In this document: positions 25,826-36,745 of the stretch, one piece after another
How the letters are laid out: every line of letters starts with the position of its first letter
Position numbering within the stretch: the stretch's first letter is position 1
NCBI RefSeq assembly: GCF_018350175.1
Contig: NC_058369.1
Span: 1,738,001 to 1,802,000, forward strand
Reading direction: 5' to 3'
Length of the DNA: 64,000 nt
From: Felis catus
Taxonomy: Eukaryota
Position numbers and translations under genes: made by a program
Notes under the pieces: model-generated
Databases searched by the model: none
What the model was told of the DNA's origin: nothing
The model's input: only the letters and a program-made list of their open reading frames with translations

Positions 25826-26345
25826 CAGGGCTGACAAACCTCTTCTGTAGGGGCCAGAGAATCGGTATCACGTGGTCTCATATGTTATAGCCTGAAAGCC
25901 ACCGCAGGCAACTTGTCAACGAATGTGTATGTCTCTGTGACAATAAAACTTTATTGATGGACACTGGAACTTGAATTCTATACGGTTTTCATATATCAGG
26001 ACAAATTATGCTTGTCTTGATTTTTTTGAACCACTTCAAATGTAAAAACCATTCTCCGCCTGAGGGCCACATCAAAAACAGATGATGAGGGGCGCCTGGG
26101 GGGCTCCGTCGGTTAAGCGTCCGACTTCGGCTCAGGTCATGATCTCACGGTTCGAGGGTTTGAGCCCCGTGTCGGGCTCTGTGCTGACATCTCAGAGCCT
26201 GGAGCCTGCTTCGGATTCTGTGTCTCTGTGTGCCTCCCCTGCTTGTGCTCTGTCTCTTTCTCTCCACCATATATAAATGTTAAAACAACAACAACAACAG
26301 CCAGTGAGCTGGATTTGGCCCGAGGGGCACGGCTTGCCATCCCCT
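25826..26345 (+). mobile_element. MER58B-like DNA transposon split by a SINE
   Basis: caataaaactttattgatggacactggaacttgaatt, aatgtaaaaaccattct, ctggatttggccc. Confidence 0.7.
26089..26299 (+). mobile_element. CAN-SINE inserted in a MER58-like element
   Basis: SINE head and body, (CAA)n tail. Confidence 0.9.
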
Positions 26346-26742
26346 GGACCGGACAGTCTAGGAGGTCCTACAGAACTGATTTTCTGAGACCCTCAATCCT
26401 CATTTTCAATCGGCAGATACTTCAATAGCTCTAAAAACGACCCACAACGTGTCCAAACGCTAAGCTACGTTCATACGCCTGGAGAGGTCTCATTTTCTCC
26501 TAAAACTTCCCCTATTCCTGTCCTACACCTGTGACATCTCGCACGTGGTACCGAGCACCTGAAATGTGGCTGATCCTGAGACTTACAAATCTGCAAGTGC
26601 AGCATCCATACTAGATTTTGAAACCTTCATACAAGAGACTGTACAGTAGCTTGATCATACGTTCCTTATGTTGATTACATGTTGCAATGTTAGTATTTTG
26701 CATACCGTGAGTTACGTAAAACATATCATTAAGATTACTTTC

Positions 26743-26968
26743 GGGGCGCCTGGGGGGCTCAGTCGGTTAAGCCTCCGACTTCAGCTCAGGTCACGATCTC
26801 GCGGTCCGTGAGTTCGAGCCCCGCGTGGGGCTCTGGGCTGATGGCTCAGAGCCTGGAGCCTGCTTCCGATTCTGTGTCTCCCTCTCTCTCTGCCCCTCCC
26901 CTGTTCATGCTCTGTCTCTCTCTGTCTCCAAAATAAATAAACGTTAAAAAAAATTAAAAAAAAAAAAA
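26743..26968 (+). mobile_element. CAN-SINE (young SINEC_Fc-like)
   Basis: Perfect TSD aagattactttc at 26731-26742 and 26969-26980. Confidence 0.96.
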
Positions 26969-27063
26969 AAGATTACTTTCACCTATTTGCCTTGTTGAAC
27001 GTGGCTGGCCGAATGGTTCCAATTACCAACACAGGGTGGGATCATGTTTCTAGAATCCTGTTT

Positions 27064-27313
27064 GTTTGTTTGTTTGTTTCAGTTTATATGGTTTTACAAA
27101 GTTTTTTTTTTTTTAATGTTGATTTATTTTTTGAGCAAGAGACAGAGTGTGAGTAGGGGAGGGGCAGAGAGAGGGAGACACAGAATCAGAAGCAGGTTCC
27201 AGGCTCCGAGCTGTCGGGCACAGAGCCCGACATGGGGCTTGAACTCACGAACCATGAGATCATGACCTGGGCTGAAGCTGGATGCTCAACCAACTGAGCC
27301 ACCCGGATGCCCC
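27064..27313 (-). mobile_element. CAN-SINE with composite tail
   Basis: Perfect 15-bp TSD tctagaatcctgttt at 27049-27063 and 27314-27328. Confidence 0.95.
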
Positions 27314-27509
27314 TCTAGAATCCTGTTTCTATTCAACGGTACAGTTTCTTGGAGTAGAAAGTATAGAAGAATAATTCGCAGAAGACTCCATAGGCTACAG
27401 GGTTACATCCTTCCCAAAAGGTACTCAAGGTTACTATGCTATTCTTATCCCTTTGCCCATAAAAGCAAAATAGTGTGTGTGTGGCGGGGGGGGGGGGGGG
27501 GGGGGGGGG

Positions 27510-27810
27510 AGGGGATGAATCGGTGGGGCACAGGGGATGTTTTAGGGCAGTGAAACCACTCCGTGTGGGACCCTAATGGCGGATACGTGTCTTTATGAAT
27601 CAGCCCAGACCCACACTACACCACCAACAGTGAGCCTATGGACACGGCTGTAGGCTCACCACCTGTAACAAATGCCCCATCTCACGGGGGACTTTGATAG
27701 TGTGGGAGCCTGCTGGGGGTGGGGGCCAAGGGGGACACAGAAAATCCTTCTGCTCAAATTGGTTGTGGACCTAAAACTGCTTTAAAAAATAAAGTCTATT
27801 TTTAAAAAAA
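27510..27810 (+). mobile_element. L1MC-like 3' end fragment
   Basis: ttttagggcagtgaaaccact, tgtaacaaatg, cctaaaactgctttaaaaaataaagtcta. Confidence 0.7.
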
Positions 27811-27865
27811 AGCCCCAATGTGCCTTTTTACTTTGATCACAGATTCATAAAATCATCGCTCAGCC

Positions 27866-28043
27866 CAATGGTTCCCAACCAGAGGGGATTTCCCCTGGGG
27901 ACACTGGGTGATGTCTGGGGACATCTGCGGTGATCGTGATGGGGGTGCTCCTGGCCTTGAGGGGGTGGGGTCAGGGATGCTGCAGGACGCCCCATGGAGA
28001 ACAACCTGACCCAAATGTCAGCAGTGCCGAGGGGGAGACCCTG
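27866..28043 (+). mobile_element. MER20-like hAT MITE
   Basis: caatggttcccaacc...gatgtctggggacat...aaatgtcagcagtgccgagggggagaccctg. Confidence 0.75.
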
Positions 28044-28894
28044 AGGGAAATGACGTGGAAGGATTCAGCCCTGCCTCGGGGCTCGTACAAGGTGGGCTGC
28101 ACCCCCCACCTGGCAAACTGGTCAGTGTGAAGCTTGTCTCTGGCCTGTCCTTCACGCAGGCCCCCCCCCCCCGCCTCTGCCCCCAGAAGGCTTCCTTTCT
28201 CACAGCACTTATGGAGTTCCTGGGATGCACAGGCCTGGGCCTGTCTCCACCACCCCCCGGGACCCCCACTCAGACAGCAGGCCAGGGCCAGAACGGCCCT
28301 GGGTCCCCTGTCTCCACGCCTCCCCACGCATGCACACAAGCGTCTCATTCACGTGGTACTCCCGGAGCCTGGCACCCGTTCTGATGCTTAAAATAGGCAC
28401 ACAAGCAGCCTTTGTTGGGGAGAGGAAGGAAGGAAGGAAGGCAGGCTTCAGACAAAGGAGACAGCAAACCGCACCATCCAGGAAAGGGGGAGTGCTGGGC
28501 GGGTGGCAGGGAGGACCAGGAGGGGCGGGTTCCTACAGTCAAAGTGAAGGTCACTCTGCAAAGGTGAGGCGGGGCCAAGTCCTGTGGTGCCACCAAGGCT
28601 GCACGAGGCATTTGGATCTTGTCAAGTGGGGGATGAGCTGGTAGAGGTGGCCGGGAACTGACGATACATCTATGCCTTTACAGAGCGGGTTCTGGCCGCG
28701 CGGAGCCACCCACTGAGTGGGCCGTGAGGCCGGCCCACCAGCTAGCATGCGTGGAACCAGAGACGGCGAAGCATTTCACTCAGGCGGAAAAGAGAGAGGC
28801 AGAATTCGGATGGCTGACACCCGGGCCACCCCCAAGCTTCAAGTGAACAGGCCACCAAGCGCCAGGAAAAAGCCACTTAAATAGCAGCTTGATG

Positions 28895-29345
28895 GTTCGG
28901 TACCAAAACGTGGGGGCAACCCAGAAGTCCACTGCCAGGCGAACGGATAGACAAGGATGGTCTGGCCACGGGGTGGAATATTACTCACCCACGAACAGGA
29001 GCGAGGCGCCCACCCCCGCCGCCCCGCGGACGGACCCCGAACACGCGACGCTCAGGGAGGGAACCAGACACGAGAGGCCACGCGGGGTGTGAGTCCACGT
29101 GTGTGAAACGTCCGGAACGGGACTCATCCAGGGACAGGAAGGGGGGCTTGTGGGGGCCGGGGGCTGGGGAGGGGGGAACAGGGAGTGATGGTTAACGTTT
29201 ATAGGGATCTTACTGGGGTGATGGAAGGTTCTAAAGGTTTACGGGGGAGGTTGCACGGCTCCATAAACTTCCCAGAAAACTGAACTCTATGCTTCAACTG
29301 GCTGAGTTTTACGACATGGAAATTGTACCTCAATTTAAAAAGTGA
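28895..29345 (+). mobile_element. Old L1M (L1MB-like) 3' end fragment
   Basis: gtggaatattactca..., aaattgtacctcaat terminal motif. Confidence 0.7.
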
Positions 29346-30544
29346 AAAGCAGTAAGATCTTCTACTTTGCCAAGTTCCCAGGGAAAACTAATGGCCGTTT
29401 CTGGAAGAGTCTCAGAGCTGCCCAAGTCCCCCCTGCACTCCAGCTGGCAGGGGGGACCAGGAGGAGGACGGAAGGGACCCTCCGGGACAAGTGACTCCAC
29501 CTTTTAGGCTCTCCCACCTGGTGTCTAAGGTGTGGCGGGTGACACGCACGGTGAATTTTCTCCAGAGCCTGTAGAGAGAGAGGCCACGCCGAAGGGTGGC
29601 ACAAGACAGAAGCCATGGGAAGCGAGGTCCAGAACCGGCCAAAAGACCAGTAGGAACCTGAGGGAGGCCCCCTGGGTGGCAGGGGCCAGGGGACTCTGGC
29701 GTGCGTGGCACGGGAGACAAACCCTCCCAGGACAAAGACTCAGCTTGGGCAGTCACCCACTGGCTGCCACCGTGGGGCACAAAGGAAGGCAGTTGTAACT
29801 CAACGCCCGGCAATCCCACAACTATCCTGGTAACCGTCCCCTCTAGAGAGCTCCAGAACGTTCCAAAGTCACGGAGGCCACACACAACAGCCCTTTTGTA
29901 AGAAACCGCAAAGAGCTTCAAGAGTAGGAAGGACCTAGCAAAATGCCTTTTTTTAAAGACTATTATCGGTTTCCAGATGCAAATGAGAAAATTCGTAACA
30001 ACACCTTGAACGGAAGAAGCAGCTTGTTACTCTGCTACGTGCTGTACAAAAAATAACGCCTCCACTCTGTAAACACGGAGCTGGGTCTGTGTGTTAGGGT
30101 AATTCGTGTTCAGCTGTCCCTCCCTTCAAACCATAGGGCCCAGGCTTCACGAAGCACGGAACAAAAACAGGAAACAATGGCATCAGTCACGGGTATTTTC
30201 TAAATAAGACCAAGAATCGCCCAAACAACTGTGGCATCTCTGGAAGCCTCGTGCGCTGGGTTAAAAACGGGGGAGACGACTCGAACACGCTGGTGCCTCT
30301 CAATGCCTGCGACGTATCCATTCGTCCCGTGTATAAAATCACGGTGGCAAGGGTTGGAAAGTCACACAAAAGACGCGCTGAGAAAGAAGCCAGCATTTCT
30401 AAAAGCCTCTAAGTGCGGTTTTCCACTCAAAACGAGAGCACTAGGTGATCTGAAGGCGACCCCAAACCTGAATGGCTGCACTTCCTAAGGATCGAAGGTG
30501 ACGACGTGTGGGCTTTAAAAAGGAAACTAACTTGGGTCTTGGGT

Positions 30545-30722
30545 CTTGGGGGTGATTCTGCGCCCAGGGGGCAGTGGGACGTCTGTGGCTGTCACGACTT
30601 GGGGCGCTCCTGGAATGGAGCAGGTGGGGACCAGGGGCGCTGCTCAGTCCCCACAGCACCCAGGACGCCCCCAACGAGTGCCCCTGCCCCAGTGTCGGCG
30701 ATGCCGAGTGGAGAGACCCGGG
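30545..30722 (+). mobile_element. MER20-like hAT MITE
   Basis: gggggtgattctgc...gtggctgtcacgac...gatgccgagtggagagaccc. Confidence 0.65.
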
Positions 30723-32183
30723 TCCATCACATGAGGTCCAGAAGCAGAGCTCACATATTTAAAGAGCATATAATTGCGACCCCTGGGGTACACGTTGGAA
30801 TGGCTCCTGGGGGGGGGGTACCCCTAAATCAGAATGACCCCTGCAGCCTTCTCTTAAGTGGATGTGTCTGTTTCTGGACAAACCTTCTGAATCTCCTGGT
30901 GGCAGAACCTTCTTCCTCTTTCGTTTTTTCCTCACTTTTAACGACACGGACCTTTCTTTCCCCTCCGGAAAGTCTGTCTTAAAGCTTCAGGGGTGACTGT
31001 CAACTGCACCCCAAGGCTGAAGGACTAGAGTCAAGCTCCAGCTGATTCCTTCCCTCCCCCACCCTCTGTGACAACCCAGTCATTCTATCCACCCACCTTC
31101 CCCCCCTCCCAAAAAAGCCTTAATTTAGAACATTATTATCGATGTCTCACGTCCCCTCGCCACGTGCCAGGAGCGTGCTGGGTGGCACCTCCCCTCTTCT
31201 GATCCCCCAGCAGCCCTGTGAGGTGCCTCCTGCCGCTTTCTTACGCCCATTTCACGGACAAGCAAGTCAGACTCCCGGAGCAGCTGGAGCTGAGGGGGGG
31301 ACCGCAGGCCGGCCTTGCCGAGCCCACTCCACTCTGCATTTCTGCAAGACCTCAGCATCCGACGGGACCCGTTTCTGAACTGCATCCTGGACCCCTAGCA
31401 GCAGTGGGAGCCTCCGAGCCGCGCGTCCTCACGCCTGCCTTCTCCCACCCACCTTCCAGCCCCTAGCAACCCCCGCCCCCCAGGAAAGACAAAGTGCCAC
31501 CCACATGCCCACATCCGTCAATACCATCGTCCCCAAAACTCCCACCTTGGTTCCTCGACTCCTGAGCCCCAAAATTCCTGAAATATTCAGTCCCCGACAC
31601 GAGCCTTTCTGCTTCCAGGACACTCATTCGCCTTACACCCTACGTCCCAGGAGCAGCCCCCCCAAAGTATGCTGGACCCATGTCTCCTCCTGCTCACTGT
31701 TGCCACAGGGTCTCTGCCTCCCCACCTTCTACACCAAATGATCAGCCTCCCAAAAGTAGGGGGCGAGTGGCCTCCACGATACTAGTAACTGACCAAGACC
31801 CCCCATTTCCTCCTGACTAGTCACACCCCCTCCCCCAAACACCCGCACAGGCTTCCCAGCCCTCTATGCCTCCAGCATGGGTCCCCACGGCCCTGGGACT
31901 CCTACTCAAAGTGGCCGGCCTTACCCTCATGCCTCAGCCCTCCCCTCCCGGTGCCCCCTTTCTGAGCTCACCCTCACCAGGGACTCCTCAATCACCCCTC
32001 CCCCGGTCCGCAACTCCACTCCCAGCCCCGGTTCAAATAACCTCCACCTTCAACCCTAGCCCCGATCCCCTTCCCCTGCTGGCCCAGCCCCCAACTCCAC
32101 CCCCACCCCCCTCCTCAGAGGACCTCCATCCCAATCCAAGCCCAGACCCTAATTACAGCCCCAGACCCTCCTCTGCTGACTCT

Positions 32184-33200
32184 GACCCCCAACTCCAGCC
32201 GGGGCCCTGGCCCCAGCCCCTTCCTCATTGACCGCGACCCCCAACCCCAGCCTAGACCCCCGGACCCAGCCGCTTCCTCACTGAACACGACTCCCCAACT
32301 CCAGCCAGGACACTGGACCCCCACCCCAGCCCCTTCCTCACTGTCCGCGACCCCCAGCTCTGGCCAGGACCCCCACCCCAGCCCCTATCTCACTGACCGT
32401 GACCCCTAACTCTGGCCAGGACCCCCGGACCCAGCCCCTTTCTTACTGTCCGCGACCCCCAACTCTGGCCAGGACCCCCACCCCAGCCCCTTCCTCATGG
32501 TCCGCGAGCCCCAACTCTTGCCAGGACCCCCACCCCAGCCCCTATCTCACTGACCGTGACCCCCAACTCTGGCCAGAACCCCCGGACCCAGCCCCTTTCT
32601 TACTGTCCACGACCCCCAACTCTGGCCAGGACCCCCACCCCAGCCCCTTCCTCATGGTCCGCGACCCCCAACTCTGGCCAGGACCCCCACCCCAGCCCCT
32701 ATCTCACTGACCGTGACCCCCAACTCTGGCCAGGACCCCCGGACCCAGCCCCTTCCTCACTGAACACGACCCCCAACTCTGGCCAGGACCCCCACCCCAG
32801 CCCCCTCCTCACAGTCCGCGACCCCCAACTCTGGCCAGGACCCCCACCCCAGCCCCTTCCTCATGGTCCGCGACCCCCAACTCTGGCCAGGACCCCCACC
32901 CCAGCCCCTATCTCACTGACCGTGACCCCCAACTCTGGCCAGGACCCCCGGACCCAGCCCCCTTCTTACTGTCCGCGACCCCCAACTCTGGCCAGGACCC
33001 CCACCCCAGCCCCTTCCTCACGGTCCGCGACCCCCAACTCTGGCCAGGACCCCCACCCCCAGCCCCTTCCTCACTGAACACGACCCCCCAGCTCTGGCCA
33101 GCACCCCTACCCCAGCCCCTTCCTCACTGACCGCGACCCCCAACTCCGGCCCGGACCCCCGGCCCAAGCCCCTTCCTCAGCTGACTCCGACCCCCAACTC
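32184..33200. repeat. GC-rich minisatellite, ~19 copies of a 52-53-bp unit
   Basis: Unit gacccccaactctggccaggacccccaccccagccccttcctcanngnccgc; unit starts at 32184, 32236, 32289, 32349, 32401, 32454, 32506, 32558, 32611, 32663, 32715, 32768, 32820, 32872, 32924, 32977, 33029, 33082, 33135. Confidence 0.95.
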
Positions 33201-33790
33201 GGTCCGCAGCCAAATCGGAGCGCCCTCCCTGGGCTGGCCGCCCCCGCCAGCCCTCCTCCCCGGCCGCACCCTGTCCCCCGGGCCCGAGGCGAGGGCGGCG
33301 GAACCCGGCCCGGCCCGCGGTTGCGAGCGCCCTTACCTGCGCTCCGGCCGCCGCGGCCGCCTCAGCCCCGCCGCGCAGCCGAACCCGCTGCCTAGCCGGC
33401 GAGCGCCCGCTCCCACCGCGGGGCGGGGCCTACTCCCGGGGGGCGGGCACTGGCAGCCAGCTCGGCCAATCGAGAGCCTCGGCGGCGGGAGGCCCCGGCC
33501 GGGGCGGGGCGCAGGGCAGACAGCGGGGTAGGCTGCGCGCAGGCGAGGGGGCGGTGCCCGCGATGTGGGCGGGGCCAGAAGGCGGAGCGCTGAATGGCAC
33601 CGCCGCTGGCCACCCGCGAACGATGAGCACGGCGCGGGGGGCGGCGCTATGCTAATATGCAAATAGTCCCGCTGTGGTGGACTCCGCTGCTGACGACCAG
33701 CGGATTTCCAGAGGTGACTCGATGACGTCAGCCGGGTGCGAGGCGCTTCGCGAATTCGAATCCCCAGGGGGGCTGCGAGTTCGAATCCAA
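33200..33790. promoter_or_regulatory. CpG island promoter (GNG7) with GC boxes, CCAAT, tandem octamers and a full CRE
   Basis: ggggcgggg at ~33420 and ~33501; ccaat 33466-33470; ATGCTAAT 33649-33656 + ATGCAAAT 33657-33664; TGACGTCA 33723-33730. Confidence 0.8.
33337..33400 (-). other. GNG7: Non-coding first exon of the gene downstream of DIRAS1, inferred GNG7 (G protein gamma 7)
   Basis: Strong donor GCGCAG|gtaagg at 33337/33336 in a CpG island; identity rests only on conserved gene order GNG7-DIRAS1-SLC39A3-SGTA, as no coding exon is in the window. Confidence 0.7.
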
Positions 33791-34032
33791 CATCCTAGCC
33801 TCACTTGAGGGAGAAGTGTATCGCTTCCTAACCAGCAGGACAGTAATAACTGCTCCCTTATTTTGAATCTTCTGCATAAGGCTAAGAGGTGAAATTACAT
33901 CGTCTGCGTTTTACAGCGGCGGTAACTGAGTCTCCGAGAAGTTAAACCCAAGGTCATTTGCCTAAGCCTAGCTCATAATTTCCAGGGTTTCTCAATTTCC
34001 TAACTCCTGGGCCTGGATCTAAAAAAGCAGCT

Positions 34033-34275
34033 GGGGCACCTGGGTGGCTTAGTCGGTTAAACGTCTGACTTAGGCTGACTTCAGCTGGGGTCGTGATCTC
34101 ACAGTCCGTGAGCCCGAGCCCCATGTCGGGCTCTGTGCTGACAGCTCAGAGAAACCGCAGCTTGCTTAGGGTTCTGTGTCTCCCTCTCTCTGTTCCTCCC
34201 CCGCTCACTCTCTCTCTCTCAAAAATAAAAAAATAAAGATTAAAAAATAATAATAATAAAATAAATAAATAAATA
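34033..34275 (+). mobile_element. CAN-SINE
   Basis: Head with small internal ctgactt duplication, (TAAA)n tail. Confidence 0.92.
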
Positions 34276-35719
34276 AGCACCTTCCTAGGCACCCACCCAC
34301 ATTGAATGATACAGAATCCTGTAAGAACTGGACCCCTGGAATGTGCATTTTTATTTTTTGGGGGGGGGGAGGGAATGTGTATTTTTAATAAGCTCCCCCG
34401 GTGATGTTGAAACACGTGTGGTTTGTCTCCAAAATTATCCAGCAATCACGGAGGGGAGAATTTCTCACAGGGGATGACGGACCTCCAGATTCTGGGACTT
34501 CTAGAACTTTCTGCAAAGCTGACATTCTGTGATCTGAGCCTCTGGCCTCCCAGCTGAGCCCCCACAGGGCTCCTGTCTTCCCTGCAGGAACCTCCCGATC
34601 GTCCTTTGCAGTGCACAGAGAGAACCAAGTGCCTGGGGCCCCCAGCCTCTCACTCCACAGTCCACATCTCCACAAAGGAATTGTTACCTAAACAAGGGTC
34701 GCAGATTGGTGGCCCTCGGATGAGATGTGGCCCCAAAGTGCTTTAAAAATGTAAGTTTGTTGCCAACATGTAAAAATAAGGACGTTTCACAAGAAGAAAT
34801 CTGGATTCCCAGGCACCCTTGAAAGATCAGAAGGAAGGTCTGGCCATCCCTGGGCCACTTGGGTGACGTGGCTGAGCTTGCTTCACTCAAGGGCATCATC
34901 GTGTGGCCCTAAAGACAGAGCAGGACCGGGACTGCGGTGAGGCAAGCACTTTCCTCAAATCCAAAGCCTAAAGGAGCCCCATGAAAAACAAACCAAAACC
35001 CTGCTATCAAGATAAACACTATGCTACTGCAATATTTTAAAAATTCAAAATAAATGCAGAAATGATCCAGGGAGAGCAAAATACCAAAATTTTAGGAAAG
35101 ACAAGATCTGACGTTGCACTTGGACCAGCCAGGAGCTCTGCTTCTCCCAGGCCCTGACAGATCCTGTCTTTATTTAAAACATCGGTATGTTTTCACCACG
35201 GTTTCCTTTGCATTAAACACTGCTTTGACATATGTATCTCCATGGCTGAGTTCTTGGCATCCCCCACTCAAGTTCTGTGCTCCTAGCGAGTGCCTCAGTC
35301 TTCTCACCCTCATCTTGCCCCTGCTCGTAAGTTTGCAAACTCTGCCCCAAGCCAACATTTAGCAGATGGGGAAGCTGGGGCCCCGCGGATCCCTCCCCGT
35401 GTGAAAGGCGGCTCAATGCACCTGCTCATTCCTCGCAAGGGGCTGCGGTGAGGATGGGCTCCAGCAGCGCCTGTGAGGTCTCTTGTGGGGGGGCCCCCCG
35501 GGGGAATGCTGAACTGTCTTCGTCGCAAACGTTCGACCTCTTCCCACAGCCCCTTCCTTTGTCCCCACCCTTCACCCCCATCCCCCACCTCCTCCATCCT
35601 TCATCCCTCACCTCCTCCTCATCACTTGCCCCCATCCTTCACGTTTCTCATCTTTTGCAGGGCTGCCTCCCCCCCCCCCCCAAAGAAAGAACACTGATGG
35701 GGAATGCAGGATCCACTTC

Positions 35720-35725
35720 TTTATT
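35720..35725 (-). terminator. DIRAS1 polyadenylation signal AATAAA
   Basis: tttatt on + strand; T/G-rich sequence follows on the minus strand. Confidence 0.7.
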
Positions 35726-36439
35726 GCAGGAAGACTATTTCTAGAGCAAATGCTACACAGACCCCACAATGGGGGGCAGGGGGCACCCACATGCGGGGGG
35801 GAGAAGGGGCAGGGGTGGAACCACAGCAAGCATGACCTGGCACGGTCCCCAGGACAGGGGATGCCCAGGCAGGAAGGGCCAGCAGCAGGCGCAGGCTCCT
35901 ACCCCTCCTGCTGCAGGATCCCTCTCCCCAGGGAACCAGTGCCTGGGGTGGGAAAGGCCTGGAGGTGGGCGGGGTCTCAGGGAGATTGTGCTATCAGGGT
36001 GTGTCCCTGAGAAAGGGCTGCAGACACCTGCCCGGCAAGGCCCAGGAAAAGCTCCCAGGGTGGGGGTGGGGGGAGCATCACCAGACGCTGTTGGGCCCTG
36101 GACCCGCCACAGGATGGAGGACCCCAGCTGTGCCCAGGCAGGATGCTGCCAGCTCTTCCAAGGGCCCATCCACGTGCCAGGTGGTGACACACACATGCAC
36201 ACACACACTCCCTCCCTCTCTACACGGTGTGCTCAGTAAACATCTGTGGAGTCACACGGACACAGGGAAAGTCAAACACGCTGCTACCAAGATGCACACG
36301 AACAGCCCCTCTTGCCTACGAACAGGCCCCACGTGGTCGCACGACTGTCCAGCCACAGGGCCTTTCTCTCTCACACGTGCGCACACACACACAGGTCAGT
36401 CCCAACGCTGCCAGCAACCCCAGGTTGAGACCCGTGTGG

Positions 36440-36745
36440 CGAGGAGCCGAGGGTGGCTCTGGCTGTCGTCCAGCGAGCCTCTGAGCCCCTTGGTCCCGCG
36501 ACAGCAGAAGACTGAATGTTGCCAACAGCCGTGTGAGCTTGGGAGCGCACGGTTCCCCACTCAGCCTTCAGATGAGACTGCAGCCAGCCCGTACTCCGAT
36601 CGCAGCCTTGTGAGGTCCCGAGTAGGAGACGAGGTGAGCCACCCCCAGGCTCCTGACCCACAGGGATGGAGGTGATAAACGTGTGTTGTTTCAAGTTGCT
36701 GATTTGTGGCCATGTGTTTGTTAGGCAGCATCATCTGACTGATAC
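36440..36745 (+). mobile_element. MLT1-type LTR fragment inside the DIRAS1 3'UTR (antisense to the mRNA)
   Basis: cagccttcagatgagactgcagcc, tcctgacccacag, gataaacgtgtgttgtttcaag. Confidence 0.65.

Noticed and set aside
32399..33077. Repetitive Pro/Thr-rich ORFs, and array-like regularity suggestive of CRISPR
   Set aside because: Translation of a minisatellite; units are contiguous with no unique spacers, the context is mammalian and there are no cas genes
33720..33795. Possible tRNA gene at the B-box motifs
   Set aside because: No cloverleaf stems or acceptor pairing visible
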